A stretch of 64,000 nucleotides of DNA from an uncultured Gemmatimonadales bacterium (GCA_963779755.1 CAVZZO010000001.1:1376001-1440000); one strand, 5' to 3'; shown: positions 28,834 through 39,503, counted from the first letter of the stretch. Numbers and translations are program-made. The notes: generated from the sequence alone by a model not told the origin.

Positions 28834-30303
28834 GTGCGCCGCGAGCCTGAGCGCCTCAGTCAGGAGACCTTCGATCTTCTGGTGATCGGAGGTGGAGTTA
28901 CCGGGGCGTTCACGGCCTGGGATGCCACGCTGCGCGGTCTGCGGGTGGCGTTGGTCGAGCGGGAGGATTTCGGGGCCGCGACCAGCGCCAACAGTCTCCG
29001 CATCGTCCACGGCGGCCTGCGCTATCTGCAGCAGGCCAACTGGGAGCGGGTGCGCGCGTCGGCCGCGGAACAGGCCATCTTCCTGCGGATTGCCCCCGGG
29101 CTGGTCCGACCGCTTCCCTGTCTGGCCGGCACGCATGGCCTGGGGCTCCGGAGCCGTCTGGCCTTCCGGGCCGCGTTCGGCCTCTACCGCCGCCTGGCCC
29201 ATCTCGACGGTGTGCTTCCCCCACCGCGACTGCTCTCCTCCACGGCCTGCCGGGAACTGGCGCCCGGTTTCGAGGATGCCCGGCTCACCGGGGGGGCACT
29301 CTGGTATGACGCGCAGGTTCACGACAGCGAGCGGCTGATCCTGAGCCTCCTTTCCGGTACGGCGAACCGTGGGGGCGTGGTTGCCAACTACACCGAAGCG
29401 GACCGGCTGCTGGAGCGGGGGGGCCGGACCACCGGCGCTCTGGTGCGCGATCGCCTGAGCGGGGCCCGGTACCAGATCCGGGCGCGGTCGGTCGTGAACG
29501 CCACCGGTCCCTGGCTGCGCACTCTGGCCGAGCCCGGCGCGGACCTGCCGCGGCACCTGGCGCTGGCGGTCAATCTGGTGATTCGCCGGCCGGCCCCGCC
29601 GGTGGCCGTGGCGCTGCCGGTCCGTACCAGTGCGGACGATCCGGCGGGCGCCAGCCGGAACTTCTTCCTGGTGCCCTGGCGCGGACTCACGGTCGTCGGC
29701 ACGGCCTACCGCAGGATCGCGGGGCCGTGGCAGGGGACACCGGACGCGGACCTGCTCGACGGCTTCCTGCGGGATATCACCCGCGCATGTCCCGATCTGC
29801 AGCTCACCCGCGATGATGTCATCGCCGTCCAGTCCGGGATGCTGCCGGTCCGGGCAGCCTCCGGATCGGCGGTGCCGCGGCTGGCCGATCGCAGCCGGGT
29901 GATCCCCCACCGGACCGGCGGGGTCTTCACCGTGGAGAGCGTGAAGTACACCACGGCGCGCCGCCTGGCGCAGCGGGCGGTGGACCGGGTACTGGACGGA
30001 CTCGACCGCCGCCTGCTCCCGTGCCGGACCCATGCCGAGCCGCTCCCCCTGGGCCGGCGCACCGTGACGGACCTTCCGGCCATGGTGCGGCGGGCGGTCC
30101 ACGAGGAGATGGCGATTCATCTGCCGGATCTGATTTTCCGGCGGCTGGGGTGGGGCCCCGAGGGGCCGCCCTCGCGGCCCCTGTTCCAGCAGGCCGCCGA
30201 AACCATGCGCCAGGCGCTGAACTGGTCGGCGGCGGCCTGCGACGAGGAAATGGCGGCGGTGGAGCGGGTCTGGCGGACCGTCGCCCGGGCGAGGGCGGCA
30301 TGA
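28834..30303 (+). CDS. FAD-dependent glycerol-3-phosphate dehydrogenase/oxidase-like protein
   Basis: DLLVIGGG.TG, DF..ATS.NS.RIVHGGLRYL, VNATGPW, KYTTAR; AAGGAG RBS, GTG start. Confidence 0.85.
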   Translation: MRREPERLSQETFDLLVIGGGVTGAFTAWDATLRGLRVALVEREDFGAATSANSLRIVHGGLRYLQQANWERVRASAAEQAIFLRIAPGLVRPLPCLAGTHGLGLRSRLAFRAAFGLYRRLAHLDGVLPPPRLLSSTACRELAPGFEDARLTGGALWYDAQVHDSERLILSLLSGTANRGGVVANYTEADRLLERGGRTTGALVRDRLSGARYQIRARSVVNATGPWLRTLAEPGADLPRHLALAVNLVIRRPAPPVAVALPVRTSADDPAGASRNFFLVPWRGLTVVGTAYRRIAGPWQGTPDADLLDGFLRDITRACPDLQLTRDDVIAVQSGMLPVRAASGSAVPRLADRSRVIPHRTGGVFTVESVKYTTARRLAQRAVDRVLDGLDRRLLPCRTHAEPLPLGRRTVTDLPAMVRRAVHEEMAIHLPDLIFRRLGWGPEGPPSRPLFQQAAETMRQALNWSAAACDEEMAAVERVWRTVARARAA

Positions 30304-31475
30304 AGATTCTGGTGCTCGCTCCGCACCCGTTCTTCCAGCAGCGGGGGACACCGATCGCCGACCGCCGGCTGCTGGAATTTCTCAGCGCCGAGGGGCACGA
30401 GGTAGACCTGCTCACCTTTCCCGAGGGCGAGGACCTGGTCATTCCCCGCTGCCGCATCCACCGTCTTCCCCGTATTCCCGGTGCGGGGGGAATCCGCCCC
30501 GGGTTTTCGCTTCGCAAGCTCCTCTACGACCTCCTGATGGTTCCGATGTGTCTGCGGCTGGTGGGCCGGCGACACTACGACCTGGTGCACGCCGTGGAGG
30601 AATCCGCCTTCATCGCGGCCCTGGCCCGGCTGCTGTTCCGCACGCCCTTCGTCTACGATATGGACAGCTCGCTTTCCGAGCAGCTGGTGAACCGCTTCCG
30701 GTTGCCGCGCCCGGCGCGGCGACTGCTCGAGACCTGCGAGCGGGCCATGATCCGGCGTAGCCTGGGCGTGCTCACCGTGTGCCCGGCGCTGGTGGAAGCG
30801 GCGCGCCGGCACGATGAATCCAAGCTGGTGGCCTGCGTCGAGGACGGCACCATGCTCGAAGGGGCCTCCGGGCCGGTGGAGCCGTTGCGCCGCGCGCTGG
30901 GCATCACCGGGCCCATCGTGATGTACGTCGGGAATCTCGAACCCTACCAGGGGGTGGATCTGCTGCTGGACAGCTTTGCCCGCGTTCGCGCCGCCAGTCC
31001 GTCGGCGCATCTGGTGGTGATCGGCGGCACGCCGGAGCACATCGGGCAGTACGTTCAACGGGCCGCGGAGATCGGGATTGTCGAACAGGCACATTTCCTC
31101 GGCCCGCGACCACTCTCCATGCTGGGCAGCTATCTGGCCCAGGCTGACCTCCTGGTCTCTCCCCGGCTGGAAGGCCATAACACACCCATGAAGATCTACT
31201 CCTATCTCGATAGCGGGGTCGCCGTCCTGGCGACCCGCCTGCCGACCCATACCCAGGTCCTGGACCCGGAGATCGCCGCGCTGGCGGCTCCCGATCCCGG
31301 GGCCTTCGGCGCCGCGATGGCCGCCTTGCTGGGCGACGCGCCCCGGCGCCTTGCCCTGGGACGCCGCGCCCGGCAGCGGGCCCGGGAGCAATACACTGCC
31401 GGGGCGGTGCGGGCCAAGCTCGACCAGTTCTATCACCGCATCGGCGAACAGGTTCACGCCGGGGGGGCGGCGTGA
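30300..31475 (+). CDS. Glycosyltransferase family 4
   Basis: YVGNLEPYQG, ADLLVSPR, PMKIYSYL. Confidence 0.88.
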   Translation: MKILVLAPHPFFQQRGTPIADRRLLEFLSAEGHEVDLLTFPEGEDLVIPRCRIHRLPRIPGAGGIRPGFSLRKLLYDLLMVPMCLRLVGRRHYDLVHAVEESAFIAALARLLFRTPFVYDMDSSLSEQLVNRFRLPRPARRLLETCERAMIRRSLGVLTVCPALVEAARRHDESKLVACVEDGTMLEGASGPVEPLRRALGITGPIVMYVGNLEPYQGVDLLLDSFARVRAASPSAHLVVIGGTPEHIGQYVQRAAEIGIVEQAHFLGPRPLSMLGSYLAQADLLVSPRLEGHNTPMKIYSYLDSGVAVLATRLPTHTQVLDPEIAALAAPDPGAFGAAMAALLGDAPRRLALGRRARQRAREQYTAGAVRAKLDQFYHRIGEQVHAGGAA

Positions 31476-32302
31476 GGCCGGCAGAGTGGGCGGACACCAT
31501 GTTTCGGGCCTCGGTGCTGAAACAGGCCAAACATCGCGCCATCGTGTCGTTGCTGGGCGACTGCAAGGGGTGCCGCTGCCTGGATCTCGGGGGCGATAAC
31601 GGCGTCATCAGTCGCGCTCTCCGGCAGAGCGGAGGAGAATGGTCCAGCGCCGATCTGGATGCCGGGGCGGTCCGCTCCATTGCGGCGCTGGTGGGCGGGG
31701 AGGTGCACCTCCTGAAGGGACCGAGGCTGCCCTTTCCGGAGAGCAGTTTCGACCGGGTCGCCGTCGTGGATCTGCTGGAGCATGTCGAGGACGACGAACG
31801 TCTGGTGGGCGAGCTGCGACGGGTACTCCGTCCCGGCGGGGTGCTGGTCATCAACGTCCCCCACCTCCAGCGACGGTCGGTGCTCAACCGGGTGCGGGAC
31901 GCCGTGGGGCTGACCGACGCCTGGCATGGACACCTGCGGCCGGGCTACAGCGAAGACGGCCTCCGCACCCTGCTCGCGCCCTGGTTCCATGTCACGGACG
32001 TTTATCCCTACTCGCGGGCCTTTTCCGAGACTCTGGACACCGCGCTCAACCTGGCGTACCGGCTGAAGCAGCGGGGTGGCGGCCGCAAGGGTACTGTTGT
32101 CACGCTGGAAGATTCCGGCGGCACGGGACTCGAGGCTCGTCTGCTGCGAAGGGCGTATCGTCTCTGCCGCGCATTTGCCGGCCTGGATCGATTGCTGCCG
32201 CTGCAGCGCGGCTACAAGCTGGCGATCCGGGCGGTGCCGCGTCCGCCCCTTCCCCAGGTACAGGTGGTTGCCCGCTCCCCTCGCCTGCGAGCCGCGCAAT
32301 GA
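31472..32302 (+). CDS. Class I SAM-dependent methyltransferase
   Basis: LDLGGDNG, LPFPESSFD, LEHV, VLRPGG. Confidence 0.85.
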   Translation: MRPAEWADTMFRASVLKQAKHRAIVSLLGDCKGCRCLDLGGDNGVISRALRQSGGEWSSADLDAGAVRSIAALVGGEVHLLKGPRLPFPESSFDRVAVVDLLEHVEDDERLVGELRRVLRPGGVLVINVPHLQRRSVLNRVRDAVGLTDAWHGHLRPGYSEDGLRTLLAPWFHVTDVYPYSRAFSETLDTALNLAYRLKQRGGGRKGTVVTLEDSGGTGLEARLLRRAYRLCRAFAGLDRLLPLQRGYKLAIRAVPRPPLPQVQVVARSPRLRAAQ

Positions 32303-33294
32303 CCGGCCCCGTCACCCTGGTCACGGGGGGCACCGGCTGTATCGGCTCCCGGCTGGTGGAATCGCTGGTAGGGGACGGACGCCGCGTCCGCGTGCTGACC
32401 CGCTCGGCGTCGCGCGGCCGCACCCGGGTGCCCGAGGGCGCCGAGGTCGTGGAGGGCGACGTGTCCAATCCCGATCACGCCCGGAACTCGGTCTGCGACT
32501 GTGAGGCGGTCTTTCACCTGGCCGGCCCTTTCCGGGAGGCGGGGCTGCCGGATCACCGCTATCGCGAGGTGCAGGTGGATGGAACCCGCAACATGCTGGA
32601 GGCGGCGCGAGAGGCGGGCGTGCAACGGTTCGTGCATGTGAGCACCATCGGGGTGCTGGGCCACATCGCCCATCCGCCGGCGGACGAGAACAGCCCTTAC
32701 AATCCGGGCGACGTCTACCAGGAAACCAAAATGGAGGGAGAGCGGCTGGCGCTGGAATTCCGGCAGCGGCACCAGGGAATGCACCTCACCGTGGCGCGCC
32801 CTGCCTCGGTGTACGGCCCCGGCGACCTGCGCTTCCTCAAGCTCTTCAAAGCCATCCGGCGCGGCTGGTTCGTGATGCTGGGCAAAGGCGAGGTGCTGCT
32901 GCACCTGGTGTACCTGGACGATGTCGTCCGCGGCCTGCGGCTGCTGGAGACTTCCCCCGACGCGGACGGCGAGGTCTTCATCCTCGCGGGGCCGCAGGCG
33001 CGGCCGCTCAACGATATCACCGCGCTGATCGCCGACATTCTCGAGGTCAAACAGCCCCGGCGGCATGCGCCCGCCTGGCCGGTGCAACTGGCCGGGAGCT
33101 TGTGCGAGCGGCTCTGCATTCCCCTGGGCATCAACCCTCCCATCTTCCGGCGGCGGGTCGACTTCTTCACCAAGAGCCGGGCCTTCCGGATCGACAAGGC
33201 GGAACGGCTGCTGGGTTTCCGGCCCAAAGTGGATGTGGAGGCCGGTCTGCGCCGTACGGCGGACTGGTATCGGGGACAGCGGTTGCTTGATTGA
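32299..33294 (+). CDS. NAD-dependent epimerase/dehydratase
   Basis: LVTGGTGCIG, VFHLA, YQETK, VYGPGD. Confidence 0.9.
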   Translation: MTGPVTLVTGGTGCIGSRLVESLVGDGRRVRVLTRSASRGRTRVPEGAEVVEGDVSNPDHARNSVCDCEAVFHLAGPFREAGLPDHRYREVQVDGTRNMLEAAREAGVQRFVHVSTIGVLGHIAHPPADENSPYNPGDVYQETKMEGERLALEFRQRHQGMHLTVARPASVYGPGDLRFLKLFKAIRRGWFVMLGKGEVLLHLVYLDDVVRGLRLLETSPDADGEVFILAGPQARPLNDITALIADILEVKQPRRHAPAWPVQLAGSLCERLCIPLGINPPIFRRRVDFFTKSRAFRIDKAERLLGFRPKVDVEAGLRRTADWYRGQRLLD

Positions 33295-33337
33295 GTGGGC
33301 AGAGTGGGCAGAGTGGGTAGACGGGGACGGGGACGGG
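33293..33337. repeat. (GAGTGGG[CT]A)x3 then (GACGGG)x3
   Basis: Short purine-rich arrays starting at a stop codon. Confidence 0.75.
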
Positions 33338-33348
33338 GCGGTGCGGGG

Positions 33349-34497
33349 TCAGAGGGGAATATCCCCGCCGATGGGGTTGTCCGGACGGTTGGCCGGGGCC
33401 GCCCGGGCGGTCCCGTCCAGCAAGCCGAGGAGGATGCGATGCACCGAGTCCGCCCGCTGGTCCCAGGAGTGTTCCCGCCGGATGATCCCGGCGGCACGCG
33501 CCCCCATAGCCTGTCGCAGCGCCTCATCGCCGGCCAGGCGCCGCACCGCCCGGGCCAGCGCGGCGTCGTCGTTCTGCGGGATGACCACCCCTCCCTCGCA
33601 GGCCCGGAGGATGTCCGTCTGGCCATGGTAATCCGTGACGATAGCCGGCACGCCGCACGCCAGCGTCTCGTACAGCTTGAGCGGCGACATGCCGGTACCC
33701 GGCCGCTCCGGCAGATCCCGCTTGAGCGAGAGTCCGGCAATACTGCCGGCGATGAGTCCAGGCATGTCCTGGTAGGGCACCACGCCGCGGTATTCCACCG
33801 CGTGCTCTCGCGCCGCCTGCGCTACCCGGGGGCGCAGCTGCCCGTCGCCGGCGATCACCGCGCGCACCCCCGCGGGCCAGTCGGGATGCCGCACCGCCTC
33901 CAGCAGCGTTTCCACTCCCTGCCATGGCGCCAGCACGCCGAAGAAGAGCACGTAGGGGAATCCGGGCCGCCAGGGGGCCGCCCCGGGGCGGAAGATCGCC
34001 GTATTGGCCCCGTTGGGAACCACGTGCACCGGGCGGCCGGGAGCCTCGCGCGCCAGCCAGTCGGCCATGGCAGGGGTCACGGTGATGAGGGCGGAGGCCC
34101 GGCGAAGCTGGGCGCGCTGCAGTCCGATGAATACGGGGCGGAAACGGCGGGTCCAGGGCTTCGCGATGAAGCGATCCTGGTACGGGCCGTTCACCTCGTG
34201 CACGACCGGTATCCCGCCCAGCCTGGCGCCGAGGGCGGTGGGCCAGGCCAGCGCATCGGAGCGGATGTAGACCAGATCGTAGCGCGAGAGCCGGGGAATA
34301 AGGTGGACCTGCGGCTGGAGATATCGTCCCAGATAGCGGAGCTTGCCCGCGCGCTGCCCCGGCGCGTCCCGGGTCACCTCATGCAGGTCGACGTCCCATC
34401 CGCGCCGCCGCAGGCCGGCGATGATCTCATGCACGTGCGCGTGGCTGGCTTGCCCCTCGAGGGTCTGCTGCAGACAGAGATAGGCCAGGCGAGGCAT
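33349..34497 (-). CDS. Glycosyltransferase family 4
   Basis: HEVNG, VPNGAN, FGVLAPWQG, SPLKLYE.LACG. Confidence 0.88.
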   Translation of the reverse strand: MPRLAYLCLQQTLEGQASHAHVHEIIAGLRRRGWDVDLHEVTRDAPGQRAGKLRYLGRYLQPQVHLIPRLSRYDLVYIRSDALAWPTALGARLGGIPVVHEVNGPYQDRFIAKPWTRRFRPVFIGLQRAQLRRASALITVTPAMADWLAREAPGRPVHVVPNGANTAIFRPGAAPWRPGFPYVLFFGVLAPWQGVETLLEAVRHPDWPAGVRAVIAGDGQLRPRVAQAAREHAVEYRGVVPYQDMPGLIAGSIAGLSLKRDLPERPGTGMSPLKLYETLACGVPAIVTDYHGQTDILRACEGGVVIPQNDDAALARAVRRLAGDEALRQAMGARAAGIIRREHSWDQRADSVHRILLGLLDGTARAAPANRPDNPIGGDIPL

Positions 34498-34534
34498 GCG
34501 CCAAGATAGCCCGGTCGCTCTCGAGGAGGGTGTG

Positions 34535-36070
34535 ATGCAGGAACCGTCCGCCCCTCGGCCCCCGCCGGACCGGCATTTCGGGACCGAACATCTGCGGGCC
34601 AACCTCCGGGAGCGCTCGGTGCGGGGCGGCGCCCTGGTGCTGGGGGCGCAGAGCATCAAGTTTGCGCTGCAGGTGGGGTCTACCATGATCCTGGCCCGCC
34701 TGCTCACGCCGCGCGACTTCGGCCTGATCGGCATGGTCACCGCCATCACGGGCTTCCTGGCGCTCTTCAAAGACCTGGGCTTGTCACGCGCCACGGTCCA
34801 GCGCGAGGAGATTACCCAGGGGCAGGTCAGCGCCCTCTTCTGGATCAACGTTCTGGTGAGCCTGGTGCTTACCTTGCTCACCGCCGTGCTGGCGCCGTTG
34901 GTGAGCCGCTTCTACGGCGAGCCGCGGTTGACCCTGGTGACCCTGGCGCTGGCCGCGGGGTTCCTCTTTGGCGGACTGAGCGTGCAGCACCAGGCCCTAC
35001 TGCAGCGGCAGATGCGCTTCCGCGCGCTGGCCGCGGTGGACGTCGGTTCACTGCTGCTGGGGATTCTGGCGGCGGTGGCGGTTGCCCTTGGCGGCAGCAG
35101 CTACTGGGCGCTGGTGGCCATGCCGCTGGTGACCGTCGCGGCGGCCACCGCCGGATACTGGACCCTCTGCCGCTGGCGGCCGGGCCGGCCCGCCTGGTCG
35201 GAGCGGACCCGCTCCATGCTGGGCTTCGGGGGGAATCTCACAGCCTATAACGTGATCAACTACGCCGCCCGCAACGGCGACAATCTCCTGATCGGCCGGG
35301 TATGGGGGGCCGGTCCGCTGGGGCTCTATACCCGCGCCTATCAACTGCTGCTGCTGCCGGTGCGCCAGGTGAATGCGCCCGTTGCCTCGGTGGCGGTGCC
35401 GGCCATGAGCCGGCTGGTGGGGGAGCCCGTGCGCTATCGCCGGGCCTATCTCCGGTTTGCCGGGCTGGTCGCGCTGGTAACCATGCCGGCCATCGCGCTG
35501 CTCGCGGTCACCAGCGACTGGGTGGTACGGATCACGCTGGGGCCGGGCTGGCAGGGAGCCGTCGCGATCTTCACCTGGCTCAGCATCGCCGCCCTGGTGC
35601 AGCCGGTGGCGAATACCACCGGCTGGCTGTTCATCACCCAGGACCGGACCCGTGAGATGCTGCACTGGGGCGTGATCGGCGGCAGCCTGGCCCTGCTTTC
35701 CTTTATAGCCGGACTACCCTGGGGAGCGGTGGGGGTAGCGGCGGCCTACGCCTGTACCGACCTCGTGCTGCGGACGCCGATCCTGTTCTGGCTGGCCGGC
35801 CGGCATGGTCCGGTCCGGCCCCGCGATATCTACCGTACGCTGGCGCTCCCCGGACTGGTGGCGTGTGCGGTTCTGGCCGCGGTGGGCTCGCTCCGCCTCT
35901 GGGGGCCGGCGCTGCGTCCGCTGCCGGGGCTCCTGCTCTCCACCGGGCTTGCAGCAGTGGCATCCCTGGCCTTGCTGCTGGTACTGCCTGCGGGCCGGGA
36001 CGCGCTGGCCGAGCTGCGACGGCTGGGGGCCACCGTCACCCAGGGGCGCGCCGGAGGAGCGGAGTCATGA
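34535..36070 (+). CDS. wzx: Wzx-type polysaccharide flippase (WzxC-like)
   Basis: LARLLTPRDFGL, DLGLS.A.VQ, multi-TM; GAGGAGG RBS. Confidence 0.88.
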   Translation: MQEPSAPRPPPDRHFGTEHLRANLRERSVRGGALVLGAQSIKFALQVGSTMILARLLTPRDFGLIGMVTAITGFLALFKDLGLSRATVQREEITQGQVSALFWINVLVSLVLTLLTAVLAPLVSRFYGEPRLTLVTLALAAGFLFGGLSVQHQALLQRQMRFRALAAVDVGSLLLGILAAVAVALGGSSYWALVAMPLVTVAAATAGYWTLCRWRPGRPAWSERTRSMLGFGGNLTAYNVINYAARNGDNLLIGRVWGAGPLGLYTRAYQLLLLPVRQVNAPVASVAVPAMSRLVGEPVRYRRAYLRFAGLVALVTMPAIALLAVTSDWVVRITLGPGWQGAVAIFTWLSIAALVQPVANTTGWLFITQDRTREMLHWGVIGGSLALLSFIAGLPWGAVGVAAAYACTDLVLRTPILFWLAGRHGPVRPRDIYRTLALPGLVACAVLAAVGSLRLWGPALRPLPGLLLSTGLAAVASLALLLVLPAGRDALAELRRLGATVTQGRAGGAES

Positions 36071-37290
36071 GGGTGGCGTATCTGCTGGAACGGTTTCCGG
36101 TCGTCTCGGAGACTTTCATCCTGACCCAGATGACGGCGCTCGCCGCGCGGGGACACGAGATCATCGTGCTGGCCGAGCGCCCGTCAGGAGAGCCGGTGAC
36201 CCATCGGGAGGTGTCGGACCGCTCGGTGGCGCAGCCCCACTACGGATTCTCCACCCCCGGCGGCCGCACCGCCCGACGCCTGCGCCAGGGGGGAAGGCTG
36301 GTGGCCGATGTCATGCGCGGGCGGGTATCGCCCTTGCGGGCCGGCCGATTGCTGCAGCGCTACGGCGAGGCCGGTCTGGCGGCCTGGTCCTTCGCGCCGT
36401 TGCCCGAACTGGTGGGCGGCTTCGATGCCATCGTCGCGCATTTCGGCACCATGGGCCTCCGCGGCGCCGCCCTGCGCGAAGCCGATCGGATCGGGGGACC
36501 GCTGGTCACCTGTTTTCACGGCTTTGACATGACGCGGATACCGCGGGAACAGGGACCCGGGGTGTATCGCCCGCTCTTCGCCCAGGGTGAGCTGTTTCTG
36601 CCGGTGAGTGAATTCTGGCGCGACCGGCTCCTCGGCTGGGGCGCCGACCCCGCCCGTACCCGCGTCCTCCCCATGGGCATCCGCCTGGAGCGTTTTCCCT
36701 ACGAGCCGCCGTCGCCCGATGGTGTCCGGCCGCTGGAGGTGCTCAGCATTGCGCGGCTGGTGGAGAAGAAGGGCATCGAATTCGGGCTGCAGGCGATCGC
36801 CCGGCTGCCCGAGCTCCAGCTGCGCTATACCATCGTGGGTGAGGGCCCGCTCCGGGCGAGCCTGGAGCGAATGGTGGTGGAGCTCGGGCTGGCCGGCCGG
36901 GTACGCTTTACCGGCTGGGCCGACCAGACAGCGGTGCGGAAGCTACTGCGGGGAGCCGACATCCTGCTGGCCCCCAGCATCACGGCCGCCGACGGCGATC
37001 AGGAAGGCATCCCCGTAGTGCTGATGGAGGCGATGGCGATGGGGGTGCCGGTGGTCAGCACCACCCACAGCGGCATTCCCGAACTGGTGACGGACGGCGA
37101 GTCCGGCTTTCTCGTGCCCGAGCGGGACAGCGCCCGGCTCGCTGAGCGGATACTGTGGCTGGCCTCCCGGCCCGAGTGCCGCCTGGGAATCTCGCAGGCC
37201 GCCCGGCACCGCGTCGAGTTGCAGCACGATGCCGCCCAGCTGGCCGGTCGGTTGGAGGGAATGCTGCGCGGCCTCTCGGCCAGGCGATGA
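36067..37290 (+). CDS. Glycosyltransferase family 4, WcaL-like
   Basis: FP..SETFI..Q, AHFG, FHGFD, ARLVEKKG, GDQEGIPVVLMEAM. Confidence 0.9.
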   Translation: MRVAYLLERFPVVSETFILTQMTALAARGHEIIVLAERPSGEPVTHREVSDRSVAQPHYGFSTPGGRTARRLRQGGRLVADVMRGRVSPLRAGRLLQRYGEAGLAAWSFAPLPELVGGFDAIVAHFGTMGLRGAALREADRIGGPLVTCFHGFDMTRIPREQGPGVYRPLFAQGELFLPVSEFWRDRLLGWGADPARTRVLPMGIRLERFPYEPPSPDGVRPLEVLSIARLVEKKGIEFGLQAIARLPELQLRYTIVGEGPLRASLERMVVELGLAGRVRFTGWADQTAVRKLLRGADILLAPSITAADGDQEGIPVVLMEAMAMGVPVVSTTHSGIPELVTDGESGFLVPERDSARLAERILWLASRPECRLGISQAARHRVELQHDAAQLAGRLEGMLRGLSARR

Positions 37291-38135
37291 GACTGCCGAC
37301 CTTTCTCATTGTCGGGGCGCAGAAGAGCGGGACGACCTGGCTGGCCGCCCAGCTCCGTCGTCACCGCGACATCTTCATCGCCCCCAGGGAGATTCACTTC
37401 TTCGACAAGGCGCATAACGCACGCCGGGGGGCCGGCTGGTATGCCGCCCATTTCGCCGATGCCGGGGAGGCGGTGGCGATAGGGGAAAAGACACCCGACT
37501 ATCTCTGGGCCAACGGCCAGGGCGCCGAAAACCATCTGCCAGATGTCCACCGCCGGATCCACGCGCTGCTGCCGGAGGCCCGGCTGGTGGTGGTGCTGCG
37601 CGAGCCGGTAGCGCGTGCCATCTCGGCAGTGCGGCACCTGATGCGGACGCGGCGGGTGTCGCCCCGGGAGCCGCTCGACCGTCTGCTCTCGCCGGTGCAT
37701 CCGGTCTGCCGGGCGCACGGTGTGCTGGCCAAAGGCTGCTACGCCGGGCAGCTCGCAGCCTTCCTGGAGCTGTATCCCCGGGAGCGTCTGCTGATCTTCA
37801 TCTTCGAGGACGATGTGGTCGCCGCGCCGGAGCGCTCGTTGCGGCGCGCCTGCGAATTTCTGGGAGTGGAACCATACCTGGCGGTCGAGCCGGGAGCGGA
37901 GCGCAACGAGAGCCGGCGTAGCCGGCTCCGCCTGCTCATGGATTATTATCTGCCGGCCCTGCGGCCGTTCACGCCCGGGCTGGACCGGTTGGCGACGGCG
38001 TGGCAACCCCGGCCATCGGCCGCGGTGCTCGAGCAGTTGCGGGCGTTCTACCGGCCGGAGAACGAGCGGCTGTTCACGCTCATCGGCCGGAGAATCCCTT
38101 CCTGGGAAGCCGGCGAGCGTGCCGGACCCACATAG
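37287..38135 (+). CDS. PAPS-dependent sulfotransferase
   Basis: IVGAQKSGTT (5'-PSB), EIHFFD, GEKTPDY, LREPVARAIS (3'-PB). Confidence 0.9.
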   Translation: MRLPTFLIVGAQKSGTTWLAAQLRRHRDIFIAPREIHFFDKAHNARRGAGWYAAHFADAGEAVAIGEKTPDYLWANGQGAENHLPDVHRRIHALLPEARLVVVLREPVARAISAVRHLMRTRRVSPREPLDRLLSPVHPVCRAHGVLAKGCYAGQLAAFLELYPRERLLIFIFEDDVVAAPERSLRRACEFLGVEPYLAVEPGAERNESRRSRLRLLMDYYLPALRPFTPGLDRLATAWQPRPSAAVLEQLRAFYRPENERLFTLIGRRIPSWEAGERAGPT

Positions 38136-39337
38136 CCGGACAGTTCGGCCAGCAGATCGAGATGCCGGCCTACCGCGAGGTCGAGGCTGTAGAGTCCGGT
38201 GACCCGCCGGCGCGCCGCCGTTCCCATGCGCCGCCCGGCCGCCGGGTCGGTCGCGAGCCGTTGCAGCGCGGCGGCGAGTGCCGCGGGATTGCGATGCGGG
38301 ACCAGGTAGCCGGTTTCCCCCGGCAGAATCAACTCGCTGTTACCGCTGGCGGGGGTACCCACCACCGGGAGCCCGCAGGCCATCGCCTCCAGCAGGGCAA
38401 TGGAAAACCCCTCACGTTCCGAGGGGAGCACGAAGGCGTCGGCGGCACGGAGGTAGTCGCCCACGTTGGGCCGTGGACCGGTGAAGATCACGCGATCTCC
38501 CAGCTTGAGCTCGTTCACCCGGCTCCGCAGCTCGGGCTCGCAGCCGCAGACGGTACTGTCCCCGCCTACGATCACCAGGTGGGACTCGGGATGCCCGCCG
38601 GCCATCTCCCGCCAGGCCTCGACCAGAGTAAAGAGGCCCTTGTCGCGATGGAGCCGGCCGGCGTAGAGCACGAGAAAGCCTGAGGGCAGGTCCAGCTCGC
38701 CGCGCAGCCGAAGCCGCTCGGACTCATCCGCCGGGTGGAAGCGGTCGGTATCCACCCCGTTGGGCAACGGGCGGATCCTTCCAGGTGCGAACCCTACCTG
38801 CCGGAACTCCTGCTCGATATCCCGGCTGATGGCCACGAAGCAGGTGGCCCGGCGGAGTAGAGCGTTGCGGGCAGCCATGGCCAGGGCGACGGCGCCGCGC
38901 AGCAGCAGGCCGCCCCGCCGGCGGGCCTGCCAGACGAAGCGGCCATTGGCTTCGCCCGTCTGTTCGGCGCGGAGCAGGACTGGCTTCCCCAGCAGGAATC
39001 CCAGGGGCACGGCGATGGAGCCCAGCACCCGGAGCCCGAACACATAGATGATGTCGTACTGCCGGCGCAGCTGGATCAGCCGGAGCGCGGCCGGCAGGAG
39101 CAGGAGGTATTTGCCCAACCGTTTCCGGCCGGTGGGCGGCAGGCGGAGAATGGTGACCCCATCGACGCGTTCGACAGGCTTGAGTTCCGGCCGCTCGCGG
39201 CGGGTGAGCACCAGGGTGCGGATGCCCTGGCGCCGCAGCTCCCGCGCGAGGGCCAGACCATAGGTGCCCACTCCTCCACCCAAGGGGTAGAAGGCTTCGG
39301 CCAGGATGCAGATCCGCGGCGGGGTGGGTCGGGGCAT
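38048..39337 (-). CDS. Glycosyltransferase family 4
   Basis: PNGVDTDRF, YAGRL..DKG, ADAFVLPS.REGF..ALLEAMA; 88-bp 3' overlap with sulfotransferase. Confidence 0.88.
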   Translation of the reverse strand: MPRPTPPRICILAEAFYPLGGGVGTYGLALARELRRQGIRTLVLTRRERPELKPVERVDGVTILRLPPTGRKRLGKYLLLLPAALRLIQLRRQYDIIYVFGLRVLGSIAVPLGFLLGKPVLLRAEQTGEANGRFVWQARRRGGLLLRGAVALAMAARNALLRRATCFVAISRDIEQEFRQVGFAPGRIRPLPNGVDTDRFHPADESERLRLRGELDLPSGFLVLYAGRLHRDKGLFTLVEAWREMAGGHPESHLVIVGGDSTVCGCEPELRSRVNELKLGDRVIFTGPRPNVGDYLRAADAFVLPSEREGFSIALLEAMACGLPVVGTPASGNSELILPGETGYLVPHRNPAALAAALQRLATDPAAGRRMGTAARRRVTGLYSLDLAVGRHLDLLAELSGYVGPARSPASQEGILRPMSVNSRSFSGR

Positions 39338-39443
39338 GGGGGTGGCGCAGGCTCCGGATGAGGACGGGAACGCTCCCCTAGCTAGCGTCGAACTCCATCT
39401 GGGGCCGTGACTTGCCGCACAGCGCGGCGGGCCCTGGCGCCCG

Positions 39444-39472
39444 TTGCCCGCCGGGCGGCTGGTGGTTAGGAT
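39444..39472 (+). promoter_or_regulatory. Putative tRNA-Asn promoter
   Basis: TTGCCC-N17-TAGGAT. Confidence 0.5.
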
Positions 39473-39503
39473 TGGGTCGCCGCCCGGCGGTGCCGGCGGC
39501 CGA

